From Mizuhopecten yessoensis (taxonomy: Eukaryota), in assembly GCF_002113885.1 (NCBI RefSeq), contig NW_018404202.1:456631-520630 (forward strand): 64,000 nt of DNA. Direction: 5' to 3'. Below, one piece after another: positions 27,885 through 40,714 of the stretch. The notes beneath the pieces are model-generated. The model ran no database searches and had not been told where the DNA came from. It worked only from the letters and a program-made list of their open reading frames with translations. Numbering within the stretch: the stretch's first letter is position 1; every line of letters begins with the position of its first letter. The translations under genes and the position numbers were made by a program.

Positions 27885-28578
27885 CTATTTTATAAAAAAA
27901 AAATTCAGCGTTATTAGAAATTGTTTATCTTAATGCAATGATAGCAATAAATCGCTGGTCACATATAACACAGCTGATGGAATCGTTGTAGCGGGGACAA
28001 GTTACAATGTTGTTGTAGGAAAATCGATGAACAGAAGTACAGCAGGCTAATTATAATAACCCATCTATTTATTGAAATCATAACATAGTGTAGGTCTATC
28101 TCTTGTTCTTACTCAGATGGATTCTACTTAGGAAAACGTGTGTGCTTTGATAATCCAAATGTTCGTTTGAAAACAACACTAATTACAACTAATAATGCAT
28201 TTAAGCTTAATCTCTATGACAGTTAGATCGTACAGTAGCCTACAACATATCTATAAATATTTACCCATATAGGCAAAGCGTGTTGCTCAATCCTTTTGTT
28301 TAATAAATAAAATATATTTGAAATGAAAAATATATTTACCCGTTCTTCAATTGGTATTGCATTAGCACCGCACATTAATTTAAGCTTTTACTCATACAGT
28401 GTATTATAACAAATAGCTGCTATACATAGAAAGACCATTTACGGTTACATACGTCATAACAATTAGCTATCACATAGATAATCATATGTTACTGTTTTAC
28501 TATAAGTAGTTACAATCAGCTGCTATATAGGTATATTGATATAAATGGTTTACAGTAGTTGATGAACGTAGTACCTAC

Positions 28579-28657
28579 CGAATGATGACGACGATGACGA
28601 CGATGATAATGATCAGTAACAACCCTCCACCGCCCGCTGCTCCAGCAATTACCCCAA
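28579..28657 (-). CDS. Receptor gene A transmembrane exon (VGVIAGAAGGGGLLLIIIIVVIVVIIR)
   Basis: ttccag acceptor, CG|GTAGGT donor, 79 nt phase 1-2; hydrophobic helix homologous to 50645-50726. Confidence 0.85.
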
Positions 28658-29117
28658 CTGGAACCATAACAACAAGTGGAATATTCATAATTTTGCTGAA
28701 AGAAACAATTTTCTTCATGTTGTAAGATTTTTGTATGCGTTCCTAAAGTATTCAAAATATTTTTTCATGAATAACCTCATTTCAAACACGATATATATAT
28801 ACAGTTTGTATTTACATTTGCGCTGCAACCCACTATATGAACACTACCAGCAGAAATGCATTTCATTTTCAGAACAAAAACTCTCGTGGCGTAACATGTG
28901 GTGTACTTATGACGTCATAGATTAACCAATGAGCGCTTCGGATGTCCCTGCGTCACTACGGTTAGTTATTGGCGCCAATTTTATTTAAATAGGGCTGTTC
29001 CGTCAATGTCGTTTAAAGGACGACACATATACAAAACGCAGTAAATAAATTAACTATTTAAGAACAAATAAATAAAACTATACAATTGTTATATAGTAAC
29101 TATATATGTAAATATAT

Positions 29118-29318
29118 GGATTGAACGACGGTTTTTTTCCTCGTTTTTTTTCATGCCGGTATGAACGCAAATCGGTTACATCCATATTAAACATGAAGCC
29201 TTAGCGGGCTGCATGCAATATGGATGTAACCGATTTTTGGGCTGCATGTTTAATATGGATGTTACCAAATTTGCGTTCACACCGGCAAGGAAATTAAAAG
29301 AAAAACGCCGTTCAATCC
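29118..29318. mobile_element. ~200-bp palindromic MITE-like element in a gene A intron
   Basis: GGATTGAACG..TGCCGGT.TGAACGCAAAT..ACATCCATATTAAACATG pairs with CATGTTTAATATGGATGT..ATTTGCGTTCA.ACCGGCA..CGTTCAATCC; internal partial duplication of one arm. Confidence 0.75.
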
Positions 29319-29885
29319 CTTTTTAGTATCAATGATGAATTCTACCGTTGAATCTATAAAATACAAACGTGTTTCAAAGACAAAGCTAATGGAAAACATC
29401 ATGGTCCTTTTCGAATATGTTCGACTGCCATTGTTGCATTTACCCAGCCAAGCACGAGAAATGACTTCCAGCAAATCGGTGTGCGTCTTCCCGTGGCTAT
29501 ATGGCACAGTTTTGTTCTGTATTCATATTTAAACGATTTGGGTTGAGGATTTTTCCTAGATTATAATCTATGATACAGAAATTACAGATTGATTTCTTCT
29601 TTAATCAGATTTATCTGTTAGTGTTAACTAGGCATTTTTTGCAGCGAAATTTGAAATATGTGATTTTAGAACAATGTCGTGTTACATAATATTTCATCAC
29701 TTCTAAAAATAGTAACCTGAAATCTGTCAGTATAATTGATATGTTAAGTACTGTTTCTATCAAATACCAAATTAATGGGATTTTATTTATTAAAAATATC
29801 AATCACAATATTCGTTCGAACAGTTACAATATGAATTTCCTGTGCAACGAAAACCTTTTTTACTCTTCCATCAAGAGTAGATAGT

Positions 29886-32110
29886 AGAAAGTTTGAAAAA
29901 GCCTTCGATTCTGTTTCTTGGAACTTTATAGCAAAAACCCTAAAATATTTCAAATTTGGCCCAACTATAATTAATTGGATAAAACTGTTTCAACAAAAAA
30001 TTCACTCAGCAGCAAACATAGGGGGAAACTTATCACATTTTTTCAGCAAAGAACGTGGCTGTCGTCAAGGAGATCCTGTATCTTCTTATATTTTTATTTT
30101 ATGTGCAGAAATTTTATCGATACTTTTAAGAAATAACAATAACATTAAGGGGATATTTGTACGGGATAATGAAATTCTGTTATCACAATTTGCAGATGAT
30201 ACATNAAAAAACTTATAAAACTAAAATCTCTTATATCATCATGGAATAGACGAGTACTTACACCAATAGGTAAAATATCAGTTATTAAAACACTACTTAT
30301 ATCACAGTTTAACCATTTATTTATAGCACTACCAAATCCTGATGAAACATATATAAGAAAAATTAATAGTGTACTGTATGAATTTTTGTGGAATGGTAAA
30401 CCAGATAAAATAAAGAGAGATGTGATAATTAAAAGTTATGAAGAAGGTGGTCTGAAAATGATACATTTAAAATCTTTTATAACAGCTCTTAAAGCAACAT
30501 GGATAAGACGGGTATATAAAGAAGAAGGAAATTGGGCTCTTATTTTAGAAACTTATTTTGATAAAGAAACATTAGCTAACTGTGGGCTTGAAAAATTGAA
30601 AGAAGAATCTAAACGTTGTAGTAACCTCTTTTGGAAAGATGTCTTAGAAGCATGGTACAATACTATTATCTCTAGCAATATATACAATACAAATATACGT
30701 GAAAACCCTCTGTGGTTCAATAGTGAAATTAAAATTGACAGAAAATTTACATTCAAAAATTCATGGTTTAAAAAGGGAGTACAATTTGTATATAACGTTA
30801 TTAAACAGGATGGATCACTCTACCACTTTGAAGAATTTCAAGAAAAATATAACAGAAATACTAATTTTTTGACATACCAAGGCCTAAAGAATGCTGTGCA
30901 TCATTTCATAAGAAAAAATCATCACATTTTTACTTCAGAAAAAACGGTTATCTTTCCAAATATACCTATCAATCTTAAGTTAATACTTAAAAAAAGAAAG
31001 GAGCACAAGACATATATTTAATGTTAATTAAAAATAATGTTGAACCTACTGCTCAAAGAAAATGGATATTAAATGATAATATAGATGATGAAACATGGAA
31101 AAAATATATGAATGTCCTTTTAAAACCACCACCAACTCCAAACTACAGTGGCTACAGTACAGAATAAACCACAGAATTCTCACTACAAACACATTTTCAT
31201 TCAAAATCGGCAAATCACACAATAACCTTTGCACTTTCTGTAAAATTCACCCTGAAACAATAGTTCATATGCTATGGGATTGCGAAAAAATTGATAGGCT
31301 AATTGACGAGCTGAAAACAAATATTATAACTAAAAACCTTACACTAAGATTTGAAAAACAAGAATTCCTTTTTGGTAAACATACATATAACCATACAAAG
31401 TTTTATATAGAAAACATCATAATACTACTTATAAAACAATACATATATAAAACTAAATGCCTAGAAATTGACCTTAATCTGACTAGTCTCAAAAACCATA
31501 TAAAATTTGAATTAAAAGCACAAAAGATCCTTGTGTATAAACAGAATAAATTAATAAATAAGAATGAGTTAAACCATCAAATAGATAACTGGATGCAATT
31601 ATAATATGACTATATATATATATATATGACATATTTGTTCTATACATATATACATCTATTGTACTTTATCGTCTCCTCACTGTAATAATAATCATCAAAT
31701 ATTTCATACATTTTAATTCGCCAGGCTTAAGTTAAAATATAATGACCTAGGAGTGCTCTCCATCCCCTGTAATGTTTTGTGGTTGTTGTTTTTTTGTTTT
31801 TTTTTTTCTGTTTCAGTTTATTTGGTTTTTCTCTTGTGTGTTTGATGTCATAGGTTTATATATCTTGTTTTTGCATCAGTGTCTCAGTGTTTGTCTTTAT
31901 GTATGTACATGACATTGGCAATTTTTTGCTTAATATCTGCTTATGTGTTAATAATAATATCTTATATGATGACGATGATGATGTCTGATGATGATGATGA
32001 TCTTTGTTTAATATGTATGGACAATCATGTACTTAGGAACAATGTCATATATGTTTTGTCTTGTCTTGAAAAAAAAATGAAAAAATAATAAAAATAAATA
32101 AAATTAAAAA
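29886..32110 (+). mobile_element. 5'-truncated L1/Tx1-clade LINE in the gene A intron between stalk and TM exons
   Basis: RT motifs FEKAFDSVSW, GCRQGDPVS, SQFADDT; C-terminal LQWLQYRINHRIL..CTFC..ETIVHMLWDC zinc knuckle; A-rich tail; flanking AAGAGTAG(A/C)TAGT at 29873-29885 and 32111-32123; N gap at 30205 and a frameshift near 31020. Confidence 0.92.
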
Positions 32111-32832
32111 AAGAGTAGCTAGTGCTGATTAAGTTTTAATAACTTTTTGTTGAGTAAAGCTACCGTGCGTTTAACCTATACAATTTAACTTTAGTAGCAC
32201 GTGAAATGGGACTCTGTGATAAGTATTCAACGATATTTTCAATGACAAATCTCGTTCAGTTGTTAACTAACGCTAAGAGTACGAAATTTTACAGACAATG
32301 TATATTGAGGCTCATATTGAACAGCTATGAATTTTGAAAGAATCCTTTCTTACGGTTTCGTCAAATAGATTTCTCACATGCTAAACGGCATGGTTAGACT
32401 GATTTGCATAATGTGTATATTCCCATGTTATTTTATGATATAGATATTCTTGATTGCTTTGTTATGCAGTAGATATCCCCATGTCGTATTTTGCTTATTA
32501 ATCTCCTGTCATGTTATATCATATGTTGTGAAATTTAAACCTATATTGAAGGCGTCGTAAATTTGTGACGGCAAGTCAGCGTCCGTGAAGACAATTTGTC
32601 AATGGTCTAATACGACTAATACATATATATATGGTTTTCACAAACATTTGCATCACTCTGTAACGTGATAAAATGGTCTTGTTCAAAATTATATTTATAT
32701 ATTGAAAAAATGCAAAATAAAGTACAGTTCCCATTGGGCGGCCTGTGGTAATAGTTTGTAGAAAACCGATTTAACAACCATAAATAATTTTAAGCAGCAT
32801 GTGATATGAACGACCAATGGTAGTGTACTTAC

Positions 32833-33132
32833 CGTCACTCCCTGTCTGTTCCCCTGTCGTCGCTGTATCACCTCCTGTGGAACTGACCGATGGTGGATGC
32901 GTAGGGGTCGGAGTGGATGTTGTCTGGCTAACGTGTGTCGATGTTAAAGGTTTTGTCGTTGTTGTTGTCGTCGGTGTCGTTGTTGTTGTCGTCGGTGTCG
33001 TTGTTGTTGTCGTCGGTGTCGTTGTTGTTGTCGTCGTCGACGATGTCGATGTTGTTGAAGTTTTAGTTGAGGATCTGTTGGATTTACCCTGTTGTTCGTT
33101 ACAGGTAACGATGATGTCTAAATTTGTACTTC
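32833..33132 (-). CDS. Receptor gene A exon 4, last ectodomain Cys + Thr-rich mucin stalk
   Basis: ttctgtag acceptor, G|GTAAGT donor, 300 nt phase 1-1; IIVTC followed by repeated PTTTTTT. Confidence 0.85.
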
Positions 33133-33563
33133 CTACAGAATGCATAGAGACAATCTGAATATAATAGTGCTTAATATGTCTTGTTACTGACAAATATATA
33201 CGGTCGCCGTAGGGAATGAACAATAATTATGGGAGGATATACTTTTTTCTATTTTTGGGAAATGTTAAATAATCTAAAGCTCAACTTTTAAAACACGGTA
33301 GTTTCAAGAAAACATCATGTCTGAAGCGCTATAATTTATCACACATTAAAAGAAGGTAAATATATTTTAATTTGATATGGTCACACAGATTAAATGTTTG
33401 CAAACGATTACGTGTATTGGTATATCAACCAAGCTTTTTCTCAGCAACCGACATAATGAATGAATTCGCGATAGATAATTATTTATTAGAATTGATTTAT
33501 TAAAATTAGTTAAATAAGCCTTACATCTTAACGATTTAAACAAATAACAAAAGATGCGTATAC

Positions 33564-33929
33564 CTTGTAAAGAAACTAATATACAGTGCCCTGATATCCA
33601 CGATGTACTGACGTCAGCCCGTGATAGCGTCAGTGTCAACATGTCTGATGTGCTGAAATTGTTTGTCAAAGTGGCAGGGATTGGGTTGCAATCAGTTTTA
33701 GTAAAACTACTTGATTTAGTAGAATTGATCACAAGTATACTCCCACAGTTCTGTAATGGTGCTACACGCGGGTATTCCTCCACTACGACTGATGTTGTTG
33801 TAGATGATGCTGATTCTGTACCCAGGGTAACGGTACAGGTACAGCTGTATACATCCAGGCCTCCAGTACCCCAAGTGTCTATCACCACACGTGTGTTTTT
33901 CAGTGTTCCACTTTTACACATCGTTTTAA
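33564..33929 (-). CDS. Receptor gene A exon 3, Cys-rich ectodomain
   Basis: ctacag acceptor, G|GTATAC donor, 366 nt phase 1-1 within ORF 33367..33972; MCKSG..RVVIDTW..CTC..AP..CGSIL..C..WISGHCIL. Confidence 0.85.
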
Positions 33930-34385
33930 CTGTAGTTACAAATAATACGCATGTTAATCTACTCAATGCCAAATTGATAGCGAGGAATGAGTATTTTAGA
34001 GAATATATCGCCCACGATGCTTTCTAATGTAAATGACAACGAATTACACAAAAAAATGGCGATTGGAGGATTTGGAAGGATAATGTAATCCATTTTCACA
34101 CCTTTTCTGAGCTAAATCTGAAAGCATTTTGTTTTTAAAATCAACGCACTATAAAAAGAAAATTATGGAAAGATTTCAAAAACGCAAAAAAACTTGAGAA
34201 GATAATTTTAACTTTATAATCCTAAATAATTACTCAAAATGCAACATCACGGTCAATGTCAGTTGCTCTTATACAGAATGTCATATTATCTAAATCATAT
34301 TTACTTACTTAGCATCAGTTGAGGTGTTGCCCAACAAATGAACAAATACGTTATATACTTAAAATTTGATATAGTGATACATTAC

Positions 34386-34439
34386 CATGGAAAAAGTTGT
34401 CCAGTTCAGTTCGGTCAGTACATGCCGTCGTATTGATAC
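34386..34439 (-). CDS. Receptor gene A exon 2 (Cys micro-exon GINTTACTDRTELDNFFH)
   Basis: ttatag acceptor, G|GTAATG donor, 54 nt phase 1-1; same length as and clearly homologous to gene B exon 2 (GINSTICTDK). Confidence 0.8.
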
Positions 34440-35493
34440 CTATAATAGATAGTACAGTTGTACACAGATAAACCATAACAAAACACAGATGTTTATGATG
34501 ACGCATTTTAATGTTTTTTACTCAGGTGCTAAATTTAGAATTATAAGTTTATGACTCAACTTAGTTGTTTTTGTGCTCTGTACAAATTAAAAGAAACTAT
34601 CCAAGGTACTCTATATGCAACACAATAAAGATAGGATACTTTCGCAATAACAAATGCATATACATGTACATATGACAGCTACATAATCTAATGTTATCTA
34701 AATAAGTCGAAATAATTACAGAAATACAATATAGGAAGACAATACATTAGACTTGGCAAAACGTGTATATGTATTTCATGAAGTTCAACCATATTAAAGC
34801 TGAAATAATTTTTAAAACACGAAGACAATAACGCGTTGTTTATGTACATAAACTTATGAATTACATTATATACGTAAAATTAGAGCATAACCATCGACCA
34901 CTGCTGTAAGTCATACTGAAACGTTAAGGTAACAGTAGCATGATTTGGTTGAGTAGATGGATTACCAAACGTATATGTGATCTTACGATCCTATCAGCCA
35001 TGAATATTGCCTTGTTCCTGTGCTATGATACCAATGACAGAAATATATACAGGATTAACAATTATTGTTGTTGTGCTGACGTTACTTTCGTTTTAAAGCT
35101 TCCTTCACCAGATTATCTCATTGACCTTTTGGTTAAATGGCTTTGTTTAGGTAGTGTGGACTATTCAGCATACGTTGACAATAACCGGAAATAAATTGGG
35201 ACAAATATAAATACAAAATACGTTTAAAGCTAAAGCTAAACTGCGTACACAACTAACAACTAATGAGGTAAGGCGATATTACAGATATGTTGTGTTGAAC
35301 CAGAGTGTACACACCGTAGAGTTACTAAGACAGTTTTGTATGCGGCGAAAACAGTTCAATTGTCTTTATTTTCTTAATACTTGATATAATTCAACATGCT
35401 GCTGTTAATGTATAAGTTAACACTGCCAAACAATAATTAAATTTGTATAACTTTGTATAAAGTTTCTAGCGTTTGCTTCCGCTTAAGTCTTAC

Positions 35494-35569
35494 CTTCAAA
35501 GTACATGTGTATGATCAGCAACATGTATGTAAGTCCCAGTAGGCTGAAGCTGTCTCGTCTGCCTCTCAT
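35494..35569 (-). CDS. Receptor gene A exon 1 (signal peptide MRGRRDSFSLLGLTYMLLIIHMYFE)
   Basis: ATG, basic n-region then hydrophobic core, 76 nt, phase-1 donor G|GTAAGA. Confidence 0.75.
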
Positions 35570-38500
35570 GGTGTAACTAGATGTTCAATCACAGAAAACT
35601 GTAATGTCACGTTAGGTCCAGACACCAATTCGATTTCATTTTCTGACTTTATCGGGCTGTGTTATAGCTGTGTGAAAGGAGGAAGTTAAATAACTAAATA
35701 TAGCAGTGTGAGGTAGAACCGGTTAAACGTCTCTGGACGGACGACATGCTGTATAAACTCAGTGGAGCAGTGAAACGTCAACACACTGGTGTGACCTCTT
35801 GTTTTGTTAGTGTGCACAGCTGATTGTATTCGTATTAAATTATGGTGTTCGTGGGAAATGATCGCAATTATAGAGAGTGAAAGACGTACTTCAGAAACTT
35901 TGATAATTGAATAAAACACGGAAAGAGATCCTCCATTTCGTGGTTAGTGTTATTAAACCTACATACTATTGGGGGGTTACATCGACAACCGTCATTATAT
36001 CTTTGGGTAGACAATGGCTAGCTGAAATATCTAACATCAGGTTTTTCTGCACGTTTTGTCTTGTTGAAATGATGACGTAAGAGTTGATAAAAGTTTAACT
36101 TTGAAATTTAATAAGAGATAACAGAGTCTAGAACCTAAGTGATTTACAAAACATCATATCACAGTTAATTACCTGTACGTACAATAAAGGTACCTAAGCT
36201 TTGAGTGACAGGTGTCACTAATTGTAAGATCAAATACCACAAGGTAAAGGCTATTACACTAATCCTGTTGCGTAATGTGATGGACAATAGGAATTAGTTA
36301 CATTTGTATGAAAGTAAGTTTACAGAGAGTACGTGCTGAGGGATATAAAAACTTAACACATGAGTCTTATCTCAAATGTCACAAAGGATATATAGTAATT
36401 ACAATTAAGGATAATGCTACACGTATATAGCCAAATTCTTGAGTTGTTAGATATGAACAATTCGAAATATAAATTTAATAATAGATGGTAAGATTAAAGT
36501 TTTTTATTTTTACACAATTAATTTCGGTACTAATTTATCACAAAATTTCTGTGTGATATATCAATCAGACGCCATCCTTCATTCTTGTATAAAGTGACAA
36601 ACAACCTATAAATAGAAACAGGACAGACTATAATACATTTGCTGGAAGTTTTGATTCAATTAAAATTGTGCAATTTGTATTACCTTAACACGAAAAAGAT
36701 ATATCGGAAATAAAAATTCAGATGCCATAACGTTGCGGAACTATTTGTCCCCGACATTCACCTGGTCTGCCACGTCAGGTAAAACCCCGTTTACACTTGC
36801 CAGTCTACGAGTTTTATCAACAATACATAACATTAGACGCGGGTAATTTGTTGTACACAATTTAAATAGAATTAAAACTTACAATGATTACCGTGCTTAC
36901 TTGTCAATGATCTACCACCATTAGCTGAACAATCTCTGTCAATCACTTGTTACACGATAATTACACAAAGGAGAAGAGATGTGTACCCGAGTGTGGGCCA
37001 CCCTGCTAGGCTGTATGTATTTGTTCATTCAATTCTGGCTGTACTACCTAAATGGTGTTTACTATCGTGTTTATAGCGTCATAAAATATGATTCCTTTCA
37101 ATCCATGAAGGATATTATGAAATAGGTGAGACCTAGTCAGCGGGCACATATGAAAATACAGTTTTCTGCATAATTTAACTGTTTCATTTTATGTACAGTC
37201 GGTAGAATAGTTAGAGTCCAATCCTTGCATAATTCAATGGTGGTACCATTCTATATACTAGTATATATATATATTGGGAGGGAGGGGGGGGGGGGTAGCT
37301 AAGGATTCCTCATCCCTCCCCAAACCTCTGCCAGCCTAAAGGATTTTCTTTCAAAATATTGGGCAGACAGGGGCTAGTTTGGCCCATTTTTTTTTTTTTA
37401 TTAAAGTAGGTATGGACAGCATTTGTTAAGATGTATGTGTATTAGAGAAATGCCATGCCCTTCATAAAACTTAAACAAAATGGCAAACATGTCCGCGTTT
37501 GAAAAGTTATTTAACTCTTTACTGTGGGAAGAGTGTATGGCCGAATGGTAAGTTTGGGGAGGATGTCAGGTAAGTTCCGCCCACATTGAAATTAGCATAA
37601 TTATGACGTCATAAAGCATGCAACGTCATATTTTCCGGCCAATTTCACGGCTCCCCGTGAATGGCATTGGCCGAACCATCTGTATATCATAGCAATACGA
37701 AACCTCAATGCTAGGGTTTTATGAATACCATCACGTGAAGCTGTCAGTTTGTTACACGTATGACATCATTAAGTAGCATTTCGATTTACAGAAAGTTTGC
37801 AAAACTAGAAAGAAGTGAGGTCATGATTTTTGTTTCTACCCTCCCAAAAAAATAAGTTTCTCGCTTTTAGTAATCTAAAATTATAGTTTTCCCGCCATTT
37901 GTTTTCGTGTGAATGTCCTGTCCAGTGAACTGCACTGCACTGCTAAGATCCTCAAAGTTGTTAATACTTGTTCAAGACCAAAAATATCAGGGCCCGTATC
38001 CATAAAACCGTTCTCTGTGCTCAAACCAAATTTCTTGAAACTCACTTATATTATGAAAGCAATCAAAAGTCAAATGTTAACATTAACCACTTATTGTATT
38101 GTATCTGTTATTACTCTATTACATTTTTCAAGGGACAATCATTTTTTTATTTAAATATTCTGATTTATAAAATATTCTGTTTAAAAGTTATGACGTTACA
38201 TGCTGGGCAGTCCTAACAATTGTAGTAAAGGCAGTTATCAGAGGATTACAAAACCCATATAGCTTAATTATCTCTTTTTTACTTATATGAACTGGACAAC
38301 AAAAGGAATGGCTTTTGAATAATTTAAGAATTGATGCTTAAATTTAACAGTGATTTACTGTATGTAAATATGCAATTAGGATAATTATTACATTACGCAG
38401 TACATATTGAAGAGATTCTGCCTTTTCTCCAGTTTTAAAAGACAAAGAACATTCAAAGACACAAAAGTACAGAGGAATTGTTAAGTCTTGAAGAACAGTC

Positions 38501-40714
38501 GAATATCCAATAATGAATACATTCATAAAAAAGAATTTTAGCATAGGCCTTAATGTTGTGTTCTTTTTGAAACTACATGCATTTATACTGACACAGTCAG
38601 TTATAACCAGAAATATCTTCCTATCCATAATTATACTTTACTGTATATTGAATGCCGCAAATCAGTTTGTGTTTGTTGAAAAATTCAGACAGAAAATTTC
38701 TTTGTTTTTGAACTTGTGTTAAAATGACTTCAGAAGAACTTGTTAAAAGTAACATAAATGCATGAAATACATACACTACATCAAAGATATCCATAATGTG
38801 TCCATGCCTAGAATGTAGTTAAAAATTTATAAATGTGCACTGAATTGTAAGAATAAGAATAAACTTAAATTAAAATATTCTAAATAATGTGGTATAGCTG
38901 CAGAAAATTCGAGTTGGCTTCAGTTAATGTGTTGTCAACACTATATGATGACGCGTGTTAACAGTGACGTCACAGTCGCGTCACAACATGTTGTGAACGT
39001 CAATTCGGCATATTTCAATGCAAAATACGTATGCTTGGTATATATTTACGGACTTAACAGTATCAACTGATGCTATTTTTAAGCTAAGGACAAATAACCA
39101 AGCGCACGTACTACATGGAAACAATTTTCAGTTCGAGAAAAATGAAAATATCAAAATGATATATAGGACATCAAACGATTTCATCAGTTACATCGACTTG
39201 TAAAAAAATATAGAATTGTTTCTGAACATAAAAATCTGCCGGAGATACTACAAAAACACAAAGTGTTCATTGAAAATGTTGAATTAATTGTGTGTGCAAC
39301 AAAAGAACATCAATGCAATCACCGATCAACGCATGTTGCCGTTTTTTGCGAGCCTGTACGACCGGAAGGACGAATTCTTTTGAAGCCATCATATAGCATA
39401 GNGACTCAGCACTAATGTAATCCCATTCAAGGTAACATTGGCTCATCTCCGTCAGTATGTGTCTGTTAAGTTAAATTTAACTTAAGTTAATTTTTCTTGT
39501 ACTATTATGTTTATGATGTATTTTATACATACATGTTTATGTTACTCTCTGTGTTCGGTATGCTTGTCATGCGAGATCACTCTCCAAATACGTATGCAAT
39601 AGGTATGTTTTGTAACCATGTATACCTTGGCATTCTGTCGTTAAGTAAAGAAAAACATACTTTGGCTAAAAGCGAATGTTATCGTTAAACACCTTTCATA
39701 TGTATTTCATGTATCATTTCGAATGCAAAGAAAAGCATGCCTAGACTGAAAAATAATTATTACTTATACTTCTGTGTGTGTGTGCGTGTGTGTGTGTGTG
39801 TGTGTCTGTCTGTCTGTCTGTCTGTGTCTGTATGTCTGTCTGTCTGTATAATACAAGTATTATTGCTAATGGTGTAAAATGTATATTCATTAAACTTAGT
39901 AATAATTAGCATTTATGTAATCGCAATCAAGATAACATTGCCGAGGAGTTACCTCCCGTCTCTGTTAGTATGTTGCATGTCATGAGAGATCACTCTCCAC
40001 ATATGTATGTAATATTATGTATTATATTTATGTATGCCTATGGGTCGTAAGGCCTCCGGAATAAACTTGAATTGAATAGAACCAATTCACTCTCATGTTC
40101 CCGTACTTTCCGTACATGTGTTGCTAAAACGGCTCTCACTGCTCGGATGATCGCGAAGTGCCCGCTATTAACCATTTCACCAATTAAGATATGACTGTAA
40201 AGACATGTTGGGTGAATATTCATTTTATTCGTAAATTAATAATCCTGCGATCTACTTTTCATATTGTTGTTGTAAGCTGAGGAAAGTCTAAGTTTGACGT
40301 TGTTGTAATGATCACAGCTGCTCACAAAATATTAATGTCGTTGTTTAAAAGTAAACAAACACAAAACCTAATGAGTTTCCGTTGAAAATATTTTTCACAA
40401 TTGCTATATATTACTGGTACTAACTTCAGCCCATATGATATTTTGTGTTTGTGTCAGGTTAAAGACTAATCAGAGGTGATAACTACGTCATACGTGACTG
40501 TAGACTTGAGGTTCTGTACGGGAAATTCATTTCCGTGTATACTTACCCGCCCGGATTTTAAACATCGACGTGATTAACATCCGGTAATCGCGGTTCCTGT
40601 ACGGATGAACTATTTAGAAAGGTTTTAATATGATTTAAGTTTTTGGTTTAATAGGTGCGCATTGTCTGGTCTCTTTCTCTATTTTCATATTAAAGAAAAA
40701 TTATCAGGAGATTT

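Noticed and set aside
32817-33158. Val-rich hydrophobic ORFs (also 52432-52644 and 58136-58453)
   Set aside because: Antisense shadows of the Thr-rich mucin exons.
37990-38010. GGGCCCGTATCCATAAAA resembling a DNA transposon TIR
   Set aside because: No matching inverted copy found in the window.
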